64,000 nt of DNA, taken from assembly GCF_964204645.1 (NCBI RefSeq), contig NC_134033.1, positions 15,570,655 to 15,634,654 on the forward strand, in the 5' to 3' direction. The notes beneath the pieces are model-generated. The model saw only the letters and a program-made list of their open reading frames with translations. It did no database searches and had not been told where the DNA came from. A program made the position numbers and the translations under genes. How positions within the stretch are numbered: the first letter of the stretch is position 1; each line of letters starts with the position of its first letter. Origin of the DNA: Tubulanus polymorphus (Eukaryota > Animalia > Nemertea). Of this stretch, positions 1-11,801 are shown one piece after another.

Positions 1-124
1 AATTTCGAATAACTGCAAGCAATATAGAAAAGAAGCATATATTTCAACACAGTTGCGATACTTGAAAATTAAGAATTCTAAAAATTTCGCTCGAAATCTT
101 TTTGGTTTAAAGATATCCGTTCAC

Positions 125-2407
125 CTTTTCTTCATCTGATTGATCTCTTCGCGATGTTGCTCGGCAACTCGAGCCGCCATTTCAGCGGCGAGTTTCGCGC
201 ATTCCAGTTTCGTACGTTCGACGGCTTGTTGTTCCTCGCGTTTCAACTGAGCCTCGAAAATAAAAATACGTCGAATATAAGTAACATTTTCCGCTATGTA
301 TCAGGTTTAACCGAGATTATGTCGGGGGATCGACGTTGGTCTTTACGAAGCATCCGCAAGACCTTTGAACTTTTGAGCGTCCCTTTCATTTAAAGGCACT
401 TGATGCCCAAAAGGGCACAATGTTGTTCGTTAAAATCTAAATGGGGCAATTCATAAAGTATGATATAACTTAGGAAAAAATTTGAATGGTACCACTCCCA
501 GAATAATAAGGAGCCAGGGATTTGTTTGTTTTTGCTTTACGTCGTTTGGATCTTGGTTTACCAAGACCTATTGGATTCTTGATTTAACGTCACAACAGCC
601 TTTGAATCTTTGGCCGCACACTGTCAGCAGGAGCCATCGGGACTGGAACCCGCTTGTCACTTGGCACTAATAGTGAATGCTTATCCCACTGAGCTACAGG
701 AGGGTGTTGATATTGCCCTTATAGTGGCCCCTGGTCCGTACGAGAGATACTAACTGCTTGTTGTCTGAGAGCGTCTGTTAAAGCTTTCTGTTGTTCGGCC
801 GATAGTTCCTCGTATAGTCTTTGTTTCGCGGCTGCTACTGCTGCTTTCACTGCCTCATCTCGTTCCCTACAAATTGAATAGGACACTCACATCATACAGT
901 CGTGTGTCATCAAATGATTTGAATTCAGACTCAAAAATACCAGAGACCAGGGGCTGAAGTTGCTCAAATGTTGGTAAAAGATAACTGGACCCAGTTCCAC
1001 AGTTGTGAATTAAATCTTGGTTCAAATCCTTAAACCCAGTCAAAAATTTTGGAACTATGGAACCGGGTCCTGGATTTTCAGTTAAGTTTGTGAAAGACTC
1101 AAATTCTAACAGACAGCAGTTGAAGAGAGGAGATATTGATATATTTTTCTCAATTACCGAAGCATTTGTTGTTTCTGTAATTCTAAAGCTTCGTCGGTGT
1201 TCTTTTCGTGTTTGCGTTCAAATTCTCGTAGACGTTCTTTCTCCAGACGGTCTCGTTGTTCTTGAACTTTTTCGGCGAGTTTCTTATAGAACTGTAACGA
1301 GTAGAGTCAGTGAGTAAGCGTCCGGGATGTATCCACTGTGGAACTAACTGTGGAATGTATCCACTTCGTAACCAGGTCTGGGATCTGTATCCACAGTGGA
1401 ACAGGATCCAGTTCCACATCTGTCTTAAGAGTTAACTCTTGAGTTAAAAATGAACTCACAACTGTGGAACTGGGTCCTGGAGCGTAGATCTTTCCAGGCC
1501 TGGGATGTATCCGCTGTGGAACTAGGTGTGTATCCCCAATAGAACTCGGTTAGGATGTATCCACTAAGTAACGTGGGATCTGTATCCACAGTGGAACTGG
1601 AGCGTACTTACATCTTTCTGTACATCGACAGCGCGACGTCTGGCGTCTTCTAATTCGATACGTTGTCGTTTTAAAGCGGCCCTCAATTCCCGCGTGGCTC
1701 TCTCCTCGGCCGCCTGTACCGCCTCCGATATCACTTTATCTTTAGAATCCTGTTTAACGTTTTGTATCTGTGCCAACAAACCGGAACCGACATCTTGAAT
1801 TCAAAAAATATGATTCAAGATGTAGAACATGAGAATCTTGTATTTTAAGTCAGATATAGATGTCAGTCTGTAATAAACCTCAAAATCTTGAAATAACTTA
1901 TATATGATAAGGGTTTGTCTCGAGAGTTGAGAGTAAATATTGTAAAACCTGCGGCCATTTGCAAAACTTAAGATACAGATGTTGCTATGTCAGTTTCAAC
2001 TTGCTAACTTTATCCATCTTTTGAGCAACTTGGTTCTGATTTTTCAGAGTCAGAGAGGCTCTACGTAATGCTAAGCGTTAATGTTACAGGCAGCGGCAGA
2101 TCCAGGGGACTTTTGAGACTTGCGCAAGTGTCCATCAAATCTTTTTTTTAGAGTCCTTTTTCAATAAAGATATCTGGTGTACAGTGCAGGTGTACCTAAA
2201 AATGCACTTTTGGGGTGTGATAAGTCTTGCAAAATTGACCCCTGTACTGCTAGCCCACTACTGCTGCTAGATATTATTCTGGCATATTTGCTGCTTACCG
2301 ATGATTTTATCATGGCAAACTCTCTGAGTTGTTAATGTAGTTTTATTCACCATTCGTTCGATGTAATCTAACGAACTTTGACTTCGCCTTAGAACTCTTC
2401 GTGACAT
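125..2407 (-). CDS. C6orf163-like coiled-coil protein, 5' part (continues beyond window start)
   Basis: Minus-strand exons 2407-2299, 1793-1612, 1291-1158, 866-755 and 252-125 all have GT-AG ends and matching phases (1,0,2,0,2). They join to MSRRVLRRSQSSLDYIERMVNKTTLTTQRVCHDKIIDVGSGLLAQIQ...AEERATRELRAALKRQ...FYKKLAEKVQEQRDRLEKERLREFE...AQLKREEQQAVERTKLECAKLAAEMAARVAEQHREEINQMKK, an A/E/K/R/Q-rich coiled coil. HDKIIDVG resembles the HKDILDIG motif I recall from C6orf163; the name is tentative, the gene structure is solid. Confidence 0.75.
519..705 (-). mobile_element. degenerate tRNA-derived SINE
   Basis: Minus strand reads TAGCTCAGTGG (A box) ... GGTTCCAGTCCCG (B box-like), then a non-tRNA body and an AAAC-repeat tail. 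No cloverleaf. Confidence 0.45.
988..1600. mobile_element. GGACCCAGTTCCACAG-TIR MITE copies and tandem end-derived repeats
   Basis: Inverted termini GGACCCAGTTCCACAGTT...GGAACTGGGTCC at 988-1070 and 1404-1480, plus GATGTATCCACTGTGGAACT repeats 1320-1600. The span includes the C6orf163-like exon 1158-1291. The family recurs at 14350-14461, 40474-40585, 41622-41863, 42510-42720, 45893-46036 and 46460-46920. Confidence 0.65.
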
Positions 2408-4278
2408 TGCGCAATCGCGCACCAGTGATCTTCTTGTATCTCCGTAACAAACTTGTATCTGTGGATGCTGTTATTCTTTATGTTTCTATTGTATTGTAAA
2501 TCAACTGATTTGTATTGTTAAATGTTGTTTCAGGCCGAAATAAAATCAATAAATCTTCTGCTAAACTCTATCTTTCTTATGGAGCATCAACTCTTTCACT
2601 TTCATTTCAGTTTCACTTGACTTTTTGCCGAAAAAAATGATTCATTTGATTTCGACAAATAGTGTTCAGTGATGGCTTGATTTTGTTAATTAACAAAGGA
2701 CAAAGAAGCTTTCTGGTCGAATGACTACGTTATCCAGTGATGAGTCTGCTTATTGTAGAATAACACTTGAAAATTGCATCCTATTTGACAGTTCTGCAAA
2801 CCAGGAAGTGTTGCTAGCATAAACAACAATACTGAGCTGTGGATATTTCCTATACCTTAGAAGAGAGTCAATATATTCAAACAGGTTCGAATCCTTATTT
2901 TTAGTGTTGTATTACGCAGTGACGCGCGGGGTGGTCGGTCGCGAATTGTCACTAATTCATTTCAAAACAAAGTAGCTCAACCTAAATTATACATTTATTC
3001 GAAACTCACTCGCATTTGAACTATATTTTTGGATAAAAACAATTTCTACTCGAAGCATAAGGTTTGAACAGTAATTAAGCTACTGTTCCTCTTTTATTCC
3101 CAGAGGGACCACTATGCCGCGACCGTGGTGTCCCATGCTTGGACCCAGTAATTACTGATACGGATTCTGAATGATCCTGATGCTTACTTAGCCTTATTAT
3201 ACATAAAATGCATGATACGACATGATCGCCATCTATTGGAATTTCGCTGAACTGTCAGATTTATGGAATCGCCAATAACGACGATTCGCACTGAACCATA
3301 TTTCACATGCGCCATCTTTTGCTAATGAGGGTCATATCATTTAAGAACGGGGGCGTCCCAGGCTCGAATCCGGCTGATTCCTAGAGCCACCAACTCTTCC
3401 TGATTTTCGGTATTTCGTAACTATTTATGACAAAAAATGCTGTTTTGATTTGTTTGACGAATACAGAAGTATGAAACATGTTACTGAGGGTTTTGGTAAT
3501 TGAGAATTTTCTTTCATATTTCGATAAAACCTTTGAACAAAATTCAATTGTTACTGATAGCACTTTTCGGATGTTGGTACGTGTTACCACAGCATTAAGA
3601 TAGAATTAGCTACAAGTGATGATTAGAATAAAACACATTGTCGTTTTTCTCATGAAATTTCGGTCAACGGACAATGACCTCGGGCTGACACTGATCCCCA
3701 GTTCCAGATCATAGAGGGTGAACGCAGAGGTGTCGTAGATTCGTTATTAATCGTTATATTATTCGTCGATTAATTATCGTTACTGATACCGATTCCAGAG
3801 TGACCCTGACCCGTTGCACACATATTAACTCAAGAAAATTTGCCATATCACATGAGGTAAAGGCATTTCGGCAGATCGGAACTAACTTAATTCACGGATT
3901 CTCATAACGCTAGAGGCCATGCTTAGATAAGCCATCCTCGCTTGCCAGGGTTTGATTGCCGCCCGCCCGAAGTTCACGCCAACACCTCGCCGTAAAATAA
4001 GGCCCTTCATCGGTTTATGCCCGAAGATTTCTTGGGCAGACAGGTTACCGTTTAAGCGGCATTCAGTAAATTCACCTTCAACATTTTCAAATTCATTTCG
4101 CATAAATCATGGTTGTTGTGAAATGTACCGGAAAAGATAACGTTGATTCTATTTGAACGATATAATATATTTTTATCACTGACAGTTTAATCGTTTTTTC
4201 CAAGCTGTGAAATTCTCATCGAAATCGACTCGTCACTCGTTCATTTCGTACATCGCTCCGTCACAGAAAGGCATCATC

Positions 4279-5744
4279 ATGAAAATCAGTGTGACTTTAA
4301 TGTTTTTAGCTTTCATCGGTGTTTCATTAGTGAGTATATCCACATCTTTTTAAAGTTTAGGTCTGCATATGATAATGAAACACCGCACTTGGTGAAACCT
4401 TGGAGTAATCATCATTCAAATGATAAGGTGAAGCCATTGAAACTCTCTTCCGTGATTTAAAGATAATATAAAACCGCACACTAAAGATTATGAAGATACT
4501 GCCTGAAATGTTTCCTCGCTAGTATAAAGTCGAATTTAGTAAACCCTTAACCCGGGACCCTAAACTAGTTCTGTGATTCGGGGTTCTTTCAATTCCGTCT
4601 TTCGTGGGGTGTAGCGTTGCGGTGCTACTAAAATTCTAAACGGTCACGCTGGAATTAAAAAAATTAAGAATTCAAAGCCAAGAGACTCAGGGTCGGTCCT
4701 ATGGTCCATTGATCGCGTGGTGCTCTTGCCGTTGCATCGCACGGGCGCTCCATTCAGAACAATGGAACGTTCTCTTAAAAGTCTTCGGATTTAACGATTT
4801 ATCGCGGTTTTTCGTCCCCCGACCAGTTCGTTGTACTGTTCGAGGTTCCAGTATAATGATGCACACAGTGTGCTGCGAGGTTCCAGTATAATGATGCACA
4901 CAGTGTGCTGCGAGGTTCCAGTATAATGAGGCACACAGTGTGCTGCTAGAAACTGCGGGTGGGCGTTGCCTGCAGAGTGTCTTGATTACTTCAACGACGC
5001 CTATCCCTTAAACGAACCCGCCGAACCCGGTTACACCATCCTCCCCCGGCAGGGATTCGAACCTGATGGCATCGAGATTGCCACGACACGAAACCCTGCC
5101 ATAATCGACCGTGTGCGCAGATACATGCGCAGTTCAGATGATGTGATTTTTAGCCAATCAGAAATCCCGTTTATTTTAGCCCGGGTTTTTCTCATTTAAA
5201 GTTATTTTGAAATTTGCCTCAACGATTATACAACGAGCAATCTGATTGGTGCCGCCAGTTTTCGTTCGGAAAGCTGCGCATGTACCTGCGCACCCGGTCT
5301 ACTGATGCAGGGGTTCGTGCCGTGGCTGAGTGTAGCGATGCCATCAGGTTCGAGTCCCTGCAGAGGGAGGATGGGTTTCACGGGCCTGAATTAATTAGTG
5401 ATGTTTCGATGAATTGTTTGTTGAATAATGAATTAAAGAATTAAAGGGAAATGTCGATTTTAAGTTGAATTGTTTATTTATAGGCGGTGCTCGACAAGGA
5501 ATGTCATTCAGACGACGAATGCGGAATATCGGAATGTTGTATGATGACTGTGGGGGCGCCACATGAGATGCCCGGAATTTGCTTCAACGCTCATTTGAAA
5601 GACGCACCGTGTGACCCGCGACAGTACGAAACCGTCATGGGCAAACATTTGTTCGACTGCCCATGCGCTAAAAACTTGAAATGTGACAAAAATACCGATC
5701 CTGAACATCTCGATTCGAGACCAATGATTTGTCAACCAAAATAG
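4279..5744 (+). CDS. secreted prokineticin/astakine-like (colipase-fold) 10-cysteine peptide, 103 aa
   Basis: Exon 1 4279-4329 encodes signal peptide MKISVTLMFLAFIGVSL, then gtgagt. Exon 2 5484-5744 follows tttatag in phase 0: AVLDKECHSDDECGISECCMMTVGAPHEMPGICFNAHLKDAPCDPRQYETVMGKHLFDCPCAKNLKCDKNTDPEHLDSRPMICQPK*. Cys spacing C-x5-C-x4-CC-x13-C-x9-C-x15-C-P-C-x5-C-x15-C matches the prokineticin/MIT1 framework. Confidence 0.88.
4841..4948. repeat. ~35-bp tandem repeat x3
   Basis: CGAGGTTCCAGTATAATGATGCACACAGTGTGCTG occurs three times. Confidence 0.85.
5036..5374. mobile_element. foldback/MITE element with ~110-bp imperfect inverted arms
   Basis: CCATCCTCCCCCGGCAGGGATTCGAACCTGATGGCATCG... at the left end is the reverse complement of ...CGATGCCATCAGGTTCGAGTCCCTGCAGAGGGAGGATGG at the right end. 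Confidence 0.7.
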
Positions 5745-6037
5745 ATTGTTAATTAAAACATGAATAAGTATCGTATGTACGATTTTTCATTTATTGATGA
5801 TGATTGATGATGATGAAGACAAACGACTATTTCTTGAACTACCCATCCTCGCTTGCCAGGGGTCCGGTATCACTCCCGAACTCGCTTCAACCAGTAGTGG
5901 GTTCGAATCCCTTGACGGGTGAAGATGTGAACTACCCGGCGTGCCGGCCCGCTTTACATTAGTTCGCAGAAATTACGTTAGGGGACCGTATGGTGCTGCC
6001 ACCAAGCTAACCAGCTTGCCGGTCTCTACTTCAGCTA

Positions 6038-6113
6038 TAGACTGGTTGTCGGTCTCTATCTTCAGTTAGACGGCGAATGCAGGTGGCGCAGAATTGGACA
6101 GGCGACCAGTCTA
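6038..6113. mobile_element. small TAGACTGGT...ACCAGTCTA TIR element (copy 1)
   Basis: Inverted termini; a closely similar copy lies at 18659-18724. Confidence 0.6.
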
Positions 6114-7287
6114 TCCAGTTATAGGGATGTCCTGGGTTCGAACCTAGAAATTACTGACGCTGATTGTGAGTGATCTTCCAGGGACTTCCAGGACCAGTAT
6201 CAGTGATCCGTGGATACGGGAGTTGGTCATTTTTATGGACTTTCGCATTCGAAATTTGCTATCGCGAATATTCTTCCTTTGGTACAAATAACTTCCGAAC
6301 GAAGCTTAGTTTCTCTATGCGCTACTAAAACGAAGACCTACTGCACTCATCACTTGGGGCACTATCCGTGTATTTAACCACCTCTGTCAATGAGTGTAGG
6401 CTATACCAGATATAAACAAAGGCATATCAATCATAAATTGGTCGGTTTTCTCGGGTGCATAGTCTTCGTTTTAGAAGTGCTTTGTTTTAGTAACACTTGT
6501 TGCTTAACTAAATGAATGACAAATTTCAAAATCAATCATATTTATTCTCATACAACAATTATACAAAATGCCAGGAGTGCTCGAGGAATTATAACGTAAG
6601 CTCCTCAAACCCGTGGACTTTGAAAAACAGCTAGTCCAACCACGATAGGCGTATAAACTATAAACGAGAGTTTACGCCATGGTCCAACCATAGACTCTAA
6701 AACAAAAAAGTCTATTGCCCTAACCATGGACTCAATTTTCCATGGCCCCCGCACTAAAACCAGAGATACCTGGCCAAACTCTGGAAAGCGTAGGATTAAG
6801 TAATCAATCTGATTTACATTATTTACATCATTCTATTTTCACATTCCGTAACAAATTATTAACGTTTCGCTTATTTTCTCAAATTTTAATAGTGATTTTA
6901 TTTCTATCAATATACGTATGTAATTGTACTAACTTAAAAACCACAATTGTTACATTGGTATTTCGAAGTCTTTATCTACGATACATTTCCACTTCAGCTG
7001 ATTTATACAATTTGCATCAATAGGAAAATAACAAAAATACACAGAGGATTGTAAACTTTGATCCATAAAACACCGAAAATTGAAAATTATGAGTTATTTA
7101 AAAACAGTTCAAAATAAAAACACTAAACCTACAAATTCACTCACTCTGGAAAGCGTAAGGTTAACTCATTGATCAATCTTATTAATTACAAGAAAACTTA
7201 AAACATTTGTCTAATTTTCCTCATCTAAGAGATTTCTTTAAACATTATCAACTACCTTATTTCACAAATGTTACATTTGAAACAAAG

Positions 7288-7536
7288 CAGGGTCCGATCT
7301 AAGCACTGGTCCAATTGCCCGGGACAAGTAGGGCAATATGTAGGTTATCATTATCACTCGTCCACCGGGCTTGTGTAATTCTATGTCTCAAAGCTTTTAT
7401 CCCACTCGATCCAAGGGATGATTGTATCACAATCGGACTGCTCATGTAGGGCAAGTTGATTTTCTAGGGGGCAAGTGATAATACATATATGCTTGCACCA
7501 AGGTCAAGTGGCATTTATTCATTAGATCAAGCCCTG
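7288..7536. mobile_element. hAT-like MITE (CAGGGTCCGATCTAAG TIR), copy 1
   Basis: CAGGGTCCGATCTAAG...TTAGATCAAGCCCTG; homologous, in the opposite orientation, to 63669-63925. Confidence 0.7.
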
Positions 7537-8081
7537 CAAACTATTATAAAGGTTTTTCTTCGTGATATTTTAACATAAATCAAGTATCTTCATATAAGGG
7601 TTTGACTGACAAAGCTACGGTAACTTCTTAATTGTATTATTCGACTTGATACATTTAGTACATCTACAATTCAGTAAATACTTAATATTTGTACGTCAAC
7701 TCTGGCCTAACGTATTCTATGTTTCCTAATTATGTGATATCTACACACACAAATAGCCACATTTGACTATGTTTAACTATGGTAAGTTCGAAGATTAAAC
7801 TCACAATATCATGTTGAAACTATATCTCAGTTTAGGAGTTAACTCAACAGACCTACGAGTTCAAACAAGGCGCTCGACGCGACCATTTACCCCATGTGAC
7901 TACATGAATACAACCATGGATCGAAGACCAATATCGTGAATTAATGGAGCTTAGCTTTTATTAGACTCTCATATTGCATAAAACATTATAAAATAGTTTC
8001 CTCGAAAACACTATATTATCCATCAGACTGGTATGAAAAAGGGTAATAAGTAACAAAAAACAATACTTTACTACAGAAGTC

Positions 8082-8285
8082 CACTATTGTCTTCGCCGCT
8101 CCTGGATTTCAGTGTTTATAACATGCACTATTGTTTATGCTGCTCCTAATAAGATACACTATTGTCTTTGCTGCTTTTAAAACAGCGTTTATCCTGAATC
8201 AGTGTTTATGAGATAATCCCGTAGCTGAATCAGTGTTTATAAGATTCACTATTGTCTCTGCTGCTCCTGATAAAATGTTTTATAG
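8082..8285. repeat. degenerate tandem repeat (CACTATTGTC..GCTGCTCCT / ATCAGTGTTTAT)
   Basis: About four diverged copies are visible. Confidence 0.55.
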
Positions 8286-9870
8286 AAATCAACCACCGAT
8301 TGTAGAAGTATCCATCGTTGAGTGATTAATCCGTTGCTGGCTCCTCAACTTCTCATCTGGGCTTCTTGTGAGTGTCTTCTTCAGACCATTATTTCCGAGA
8401 TGTAGTTTGGCTGAAATAAAGTGAAGCAAAACATTTCAGACAGATTTATCATAATTTACCGGTACATGTCATTTCAAATTACAAGCCACCGTGTTTTTCA
8501 CAAAGTAAAATTCATTGATGTCAATTGCTGATTTAAACCCTAATAATTAACTGCAGTAGTAGGACTAGTTCATCACTGTTTAAGACTAATGAAGATAAAA
8601 GTTTAAAGATAAAAGATCAGCCATGTGGACCGGTAAATAGATTTTGATGATAGTCACTTATCAAATGATATTCATATGAGGCCCGAAATTTCTGCATACC
8701 AGTAATTTCATGTATATCATGTATGTCAACTTACCTTTAAAGATTGCTGGGTTCAGTTCTGGCCTCTTCTGTGTCCTGTGCCAGTTTGTAGATTTGTCGT
8801 GCCAGGTTGTAGATTTTGGACTAGTTGATCTCAAGCAGGGCTTTTTCTTATAGTTGAAATTTAGCTGCAATCATTAAAAGATGGATGTCCTGTTATCACA
8901 AAACATTTCATTTAGAATTAATCGAAATAATCCATGAAAAATCAACTTACATTTCAAGTTTGCTGGGTTCAGTATCGGTTAGAATGTTCTCGGTTTATGC
9001 GTCTGACTTGGATTGTTCTGTGGGCTGAGCTAATCTGTAGATTTTCTGATTAGTAGTTGATCTCAAGCTGGGATTTTTCTTATTGCTGAAATTTAGCTGC
9101 AATGATTAAAAGAAGATATCCTGTAATGACAAAATATTTCATTTAGAATCAATCATAATAATTCCATGGCTATCAAGTTACCTTTTATGATTGCTGGGTT
9201 CATTATCGGCAATTATCTTATTAGTTCGTTGGTTGATAAGTTCAATTCTAGTTGGCCTCATCGGTGTGCTGTTCCAGTTGGTCGATTTTGGACGAGTAGT
9301 TGATCTCAAGCTGGGTTTTTTCTTTTTGAAATTTAGCTGCAATGATTAAAAGAAGATATCCTGTTATCTCGCAAAATTTCATTTAGAATTAATCATAATA
9401 ATTTCCATAAAAATCTGGGTTCAGTATCGGTGACGATCTTTTAGATAGGTTAGATATCAAGCTGGGCCTTTCCAGATAAAGTTTAGCTGAAATGAATAAC
9501 AGAACGATATTCTGTAATTGCAGAATCCTTTCTGCATCATACATTGTAATTTACATTAGTATCAACTTAACTTTCAAGATTGCAGAGTTCAGCAGCGACT
9601 AGGATTTTCTTGACGGTGGTTGAATCTTCAGAATCACTTAATTGTCTTCTTGTCTTCTTCGACGAAGCTACAAATGAATAAAACAACATTCTGTAGTCAC
9701 ACATTACTTCATTACTCCTAATTTACATGTATATCAACTTAACTTTCAAGATTGCCTAGTTCAGTATTCTTTTTTCGGCATCTTCTGTAGTCGCCTTGTT
9801 GCATCTTCGTCTTCAACTTCTTTGGAGTCCTGAAATGAAAAAAAAGAGAAGAGCGATGAAAACCTGGTAC

Positions 9871-10649
9871 GGAACAAAACTAATGTCCGAAAGCTTTTCA
9901 GCTCTCCGTCGCCGGTCACATGCCGAGAACACCAGACAATGAGCCAGCCAGGAATATACTGCCCTCTACACGCCCTCACACAGAACGCGAAAACCAGAAT
10001 GACAACGCCTCACATTCCCCATCTAACTGCAGGATGTACTGGGCGACGTCAGTAACTGACACACCTGTAAAATTGCACGAAACACAAATAGCGCAGTACA
10101 ACCAGCTTGACCGGGTTGAGATTCAGGATCTCAACTAGCACTCAAAAGCGTGACAAGAGACTTCATCCACTGACCGAGGTTGTCACAAGGACACAATGAA
10201 ACTAGCACTCACAAGCCGACAAGAGACTTCATCCACTGACCGGGGTTGTCACAAGGACACAATGAAAACTAGCAATCAAACTAGAAATCAAAGAGCGTGA
10301 CAGTAGAATCATCCCTCAGCCGACTCAGAATACCAGAAACAAAGAGCGTGACAGTAGAATCATCCCTCATCCGGGCGGTCACAAGGACACAATGAATGCT
10401 AGTAGCGTGACAATCCAGTATAACCGCTCCATTTGTATCCCGCGCAATCTCGCAGATATGCCCGTCATTGACATCACTCAGCACACACTTTGTAGATAGG
10501 TGGGGGCGGTGAGGCCTCGTCATCCTGGTTTTCGTGTTCCGTATGAGGGCGTGTAGAAGGCAGCCATTTCCTGTCCGACTCTTTGTCTGACATCCTCGAC
10601 ATGTGACCGGCGAAGGAGAGCCGACGCTTTCGGACATTAGTTTTGTTCC
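9871..10649. repeat. long inverted repeat (two ~235-bp arms) derived from an RTE-type LINE ORF2 3' end
   Basis: Arm 9871-10105 aligns to the reverse complement of 10415-10649; the first 24 nt are identical (GGAACAAAACTAATGTCCGAAAGC). The arms translate as RRLSFAGHMSRMSD...RPH then (frameshift) GTRKPG*...TYLQ, like the C-terminal RRLRFAGH...HGxRxPGR segment of RTE-clade reverse transcriptases. Confidence 0.85.
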
Positions 10650-11651
10650 AGCTAACGTTGAAATTCGACAGAGAAATCGGCCCTGAAAAACATAACGGGT
10701 TAGAAGCTGAAAAATAGAACGGATTAACGAACACGGAACAGTACAGGACAGCACGGAGACGAACGGTAACACATAAAACATAAAGACGTCGTTCCTCAGG
10801 AAGCAGGAACAGGAGCGCAGCGAAGATCGCCAGGAGAATCCACGGAAGCATGTCTGCACAGTGTGAGAGAGCGGAGGTGAATGAGCTCGCCTATGCTTAT
10901 ACACCGTGGTCAGCCGGTGACGTATTCCAATTGTGATTAATAGCGCGTGCGAATGATATCAACAACCCTGAAAAACCGCAATTGTGTCTCTATTGTTGAA
11001 TGGATTTACATTGAGAGCTTATAGAAGGTTCTACTGCCAGGTTGAATACGCGCCAGTAGTCAGCTGAACAATATCGTGGAACTTTGATATAAGGCCATAG
11101 AATAGATTACTTGATCCTCAAAAGCTCCCCTCCGAATTTAAAGCCGCCGCCTGTTTTTTTTTTCTTAACTGTTAGAATAATCTATAAACTATACCGACAA
11201 GTAGCTTTTCAGTTCAAAATTCACACCAACACAGGTCTTCATATCATATAGCTTTTGGGATATTTCATATCATACATACGGTACCGGTATGAAATATAAC
11301 ACTGTCTCCCAGACAATTTTACAACTTCTGACGAGAATCACGTATTTGCTGCTCTATGAAAAATCCCCAAAAGCACCAAGGTTTATCAGCTACTGTAATG
11401 TCGTTACTAAAACTATGCACTACTAAAACGAAGATCGAGAAGGCATGCACACCAGGTTATTTTTGTTAACATCGCATGTATATTCAAAACAATGGATTAT
11501 GATGGCAGTTAAAGACGAGTTGGATGAATACACGTTGAACTAAACTCTTCCAGGGGTCACATTTTAAGCTTGGCTGAGAAACTTGATCGTATGGACGCTA
11601 GCGAGAGGCATCAATGTATAGATTACGATTCATACTGTAACACCCGCCTTA

Positions 11652-11801
11652 GGCTAAAAAAGATTGATACTTAGTTTCTCAGCTCTGCTAAGCTTCAATG
11701 CTGACCCGGCCGGCCGCCTATCTACTGATTATAAATTTTATCCTATTTTACAAAAATGACCTGGCCGCTGCGGAGAAACAAGGTATCATTTTTGTTTAGC
11801 C
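11652..11801. mobile_element. Tourist/Harbinger-like MITE with TTA target duplication
   Basis: TTA|GGCTAAAAAAGATTGATAC...GTATCATTTTTGTTTAGCC|TTA. A second, longer copy lies at ~12330-12548. Confidence 0.75.

Larger units (their letters stand above)
6541..10900 (-). ncRNA. putative spliced long non-coding / hairpin-RNA transcript (or decayed gene) with tandemly duplicated exons
   Basis: Homologous exon/intron units with minus-strand acceptors and donors: 9829-9744, 9667-9572, 9486-(donor deleted), 9336-9182, 9096-8951, 8864-8735, and a terminal exon from 8410. AATAAA (minus) at 6541-6546; TATA-like TATAAG near 10900. No continuous ORF across the units. Contains the long inverted repeat 9871-10649. 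Confidence 0.5.

Noticed and set aside
10281-10904. 207-aa and 125-aa ORFs as protein genes
   Set aside because: They run through the hairpin arm and loop repeats. The only recognisable part is a frameshifted RTE-like fragment.
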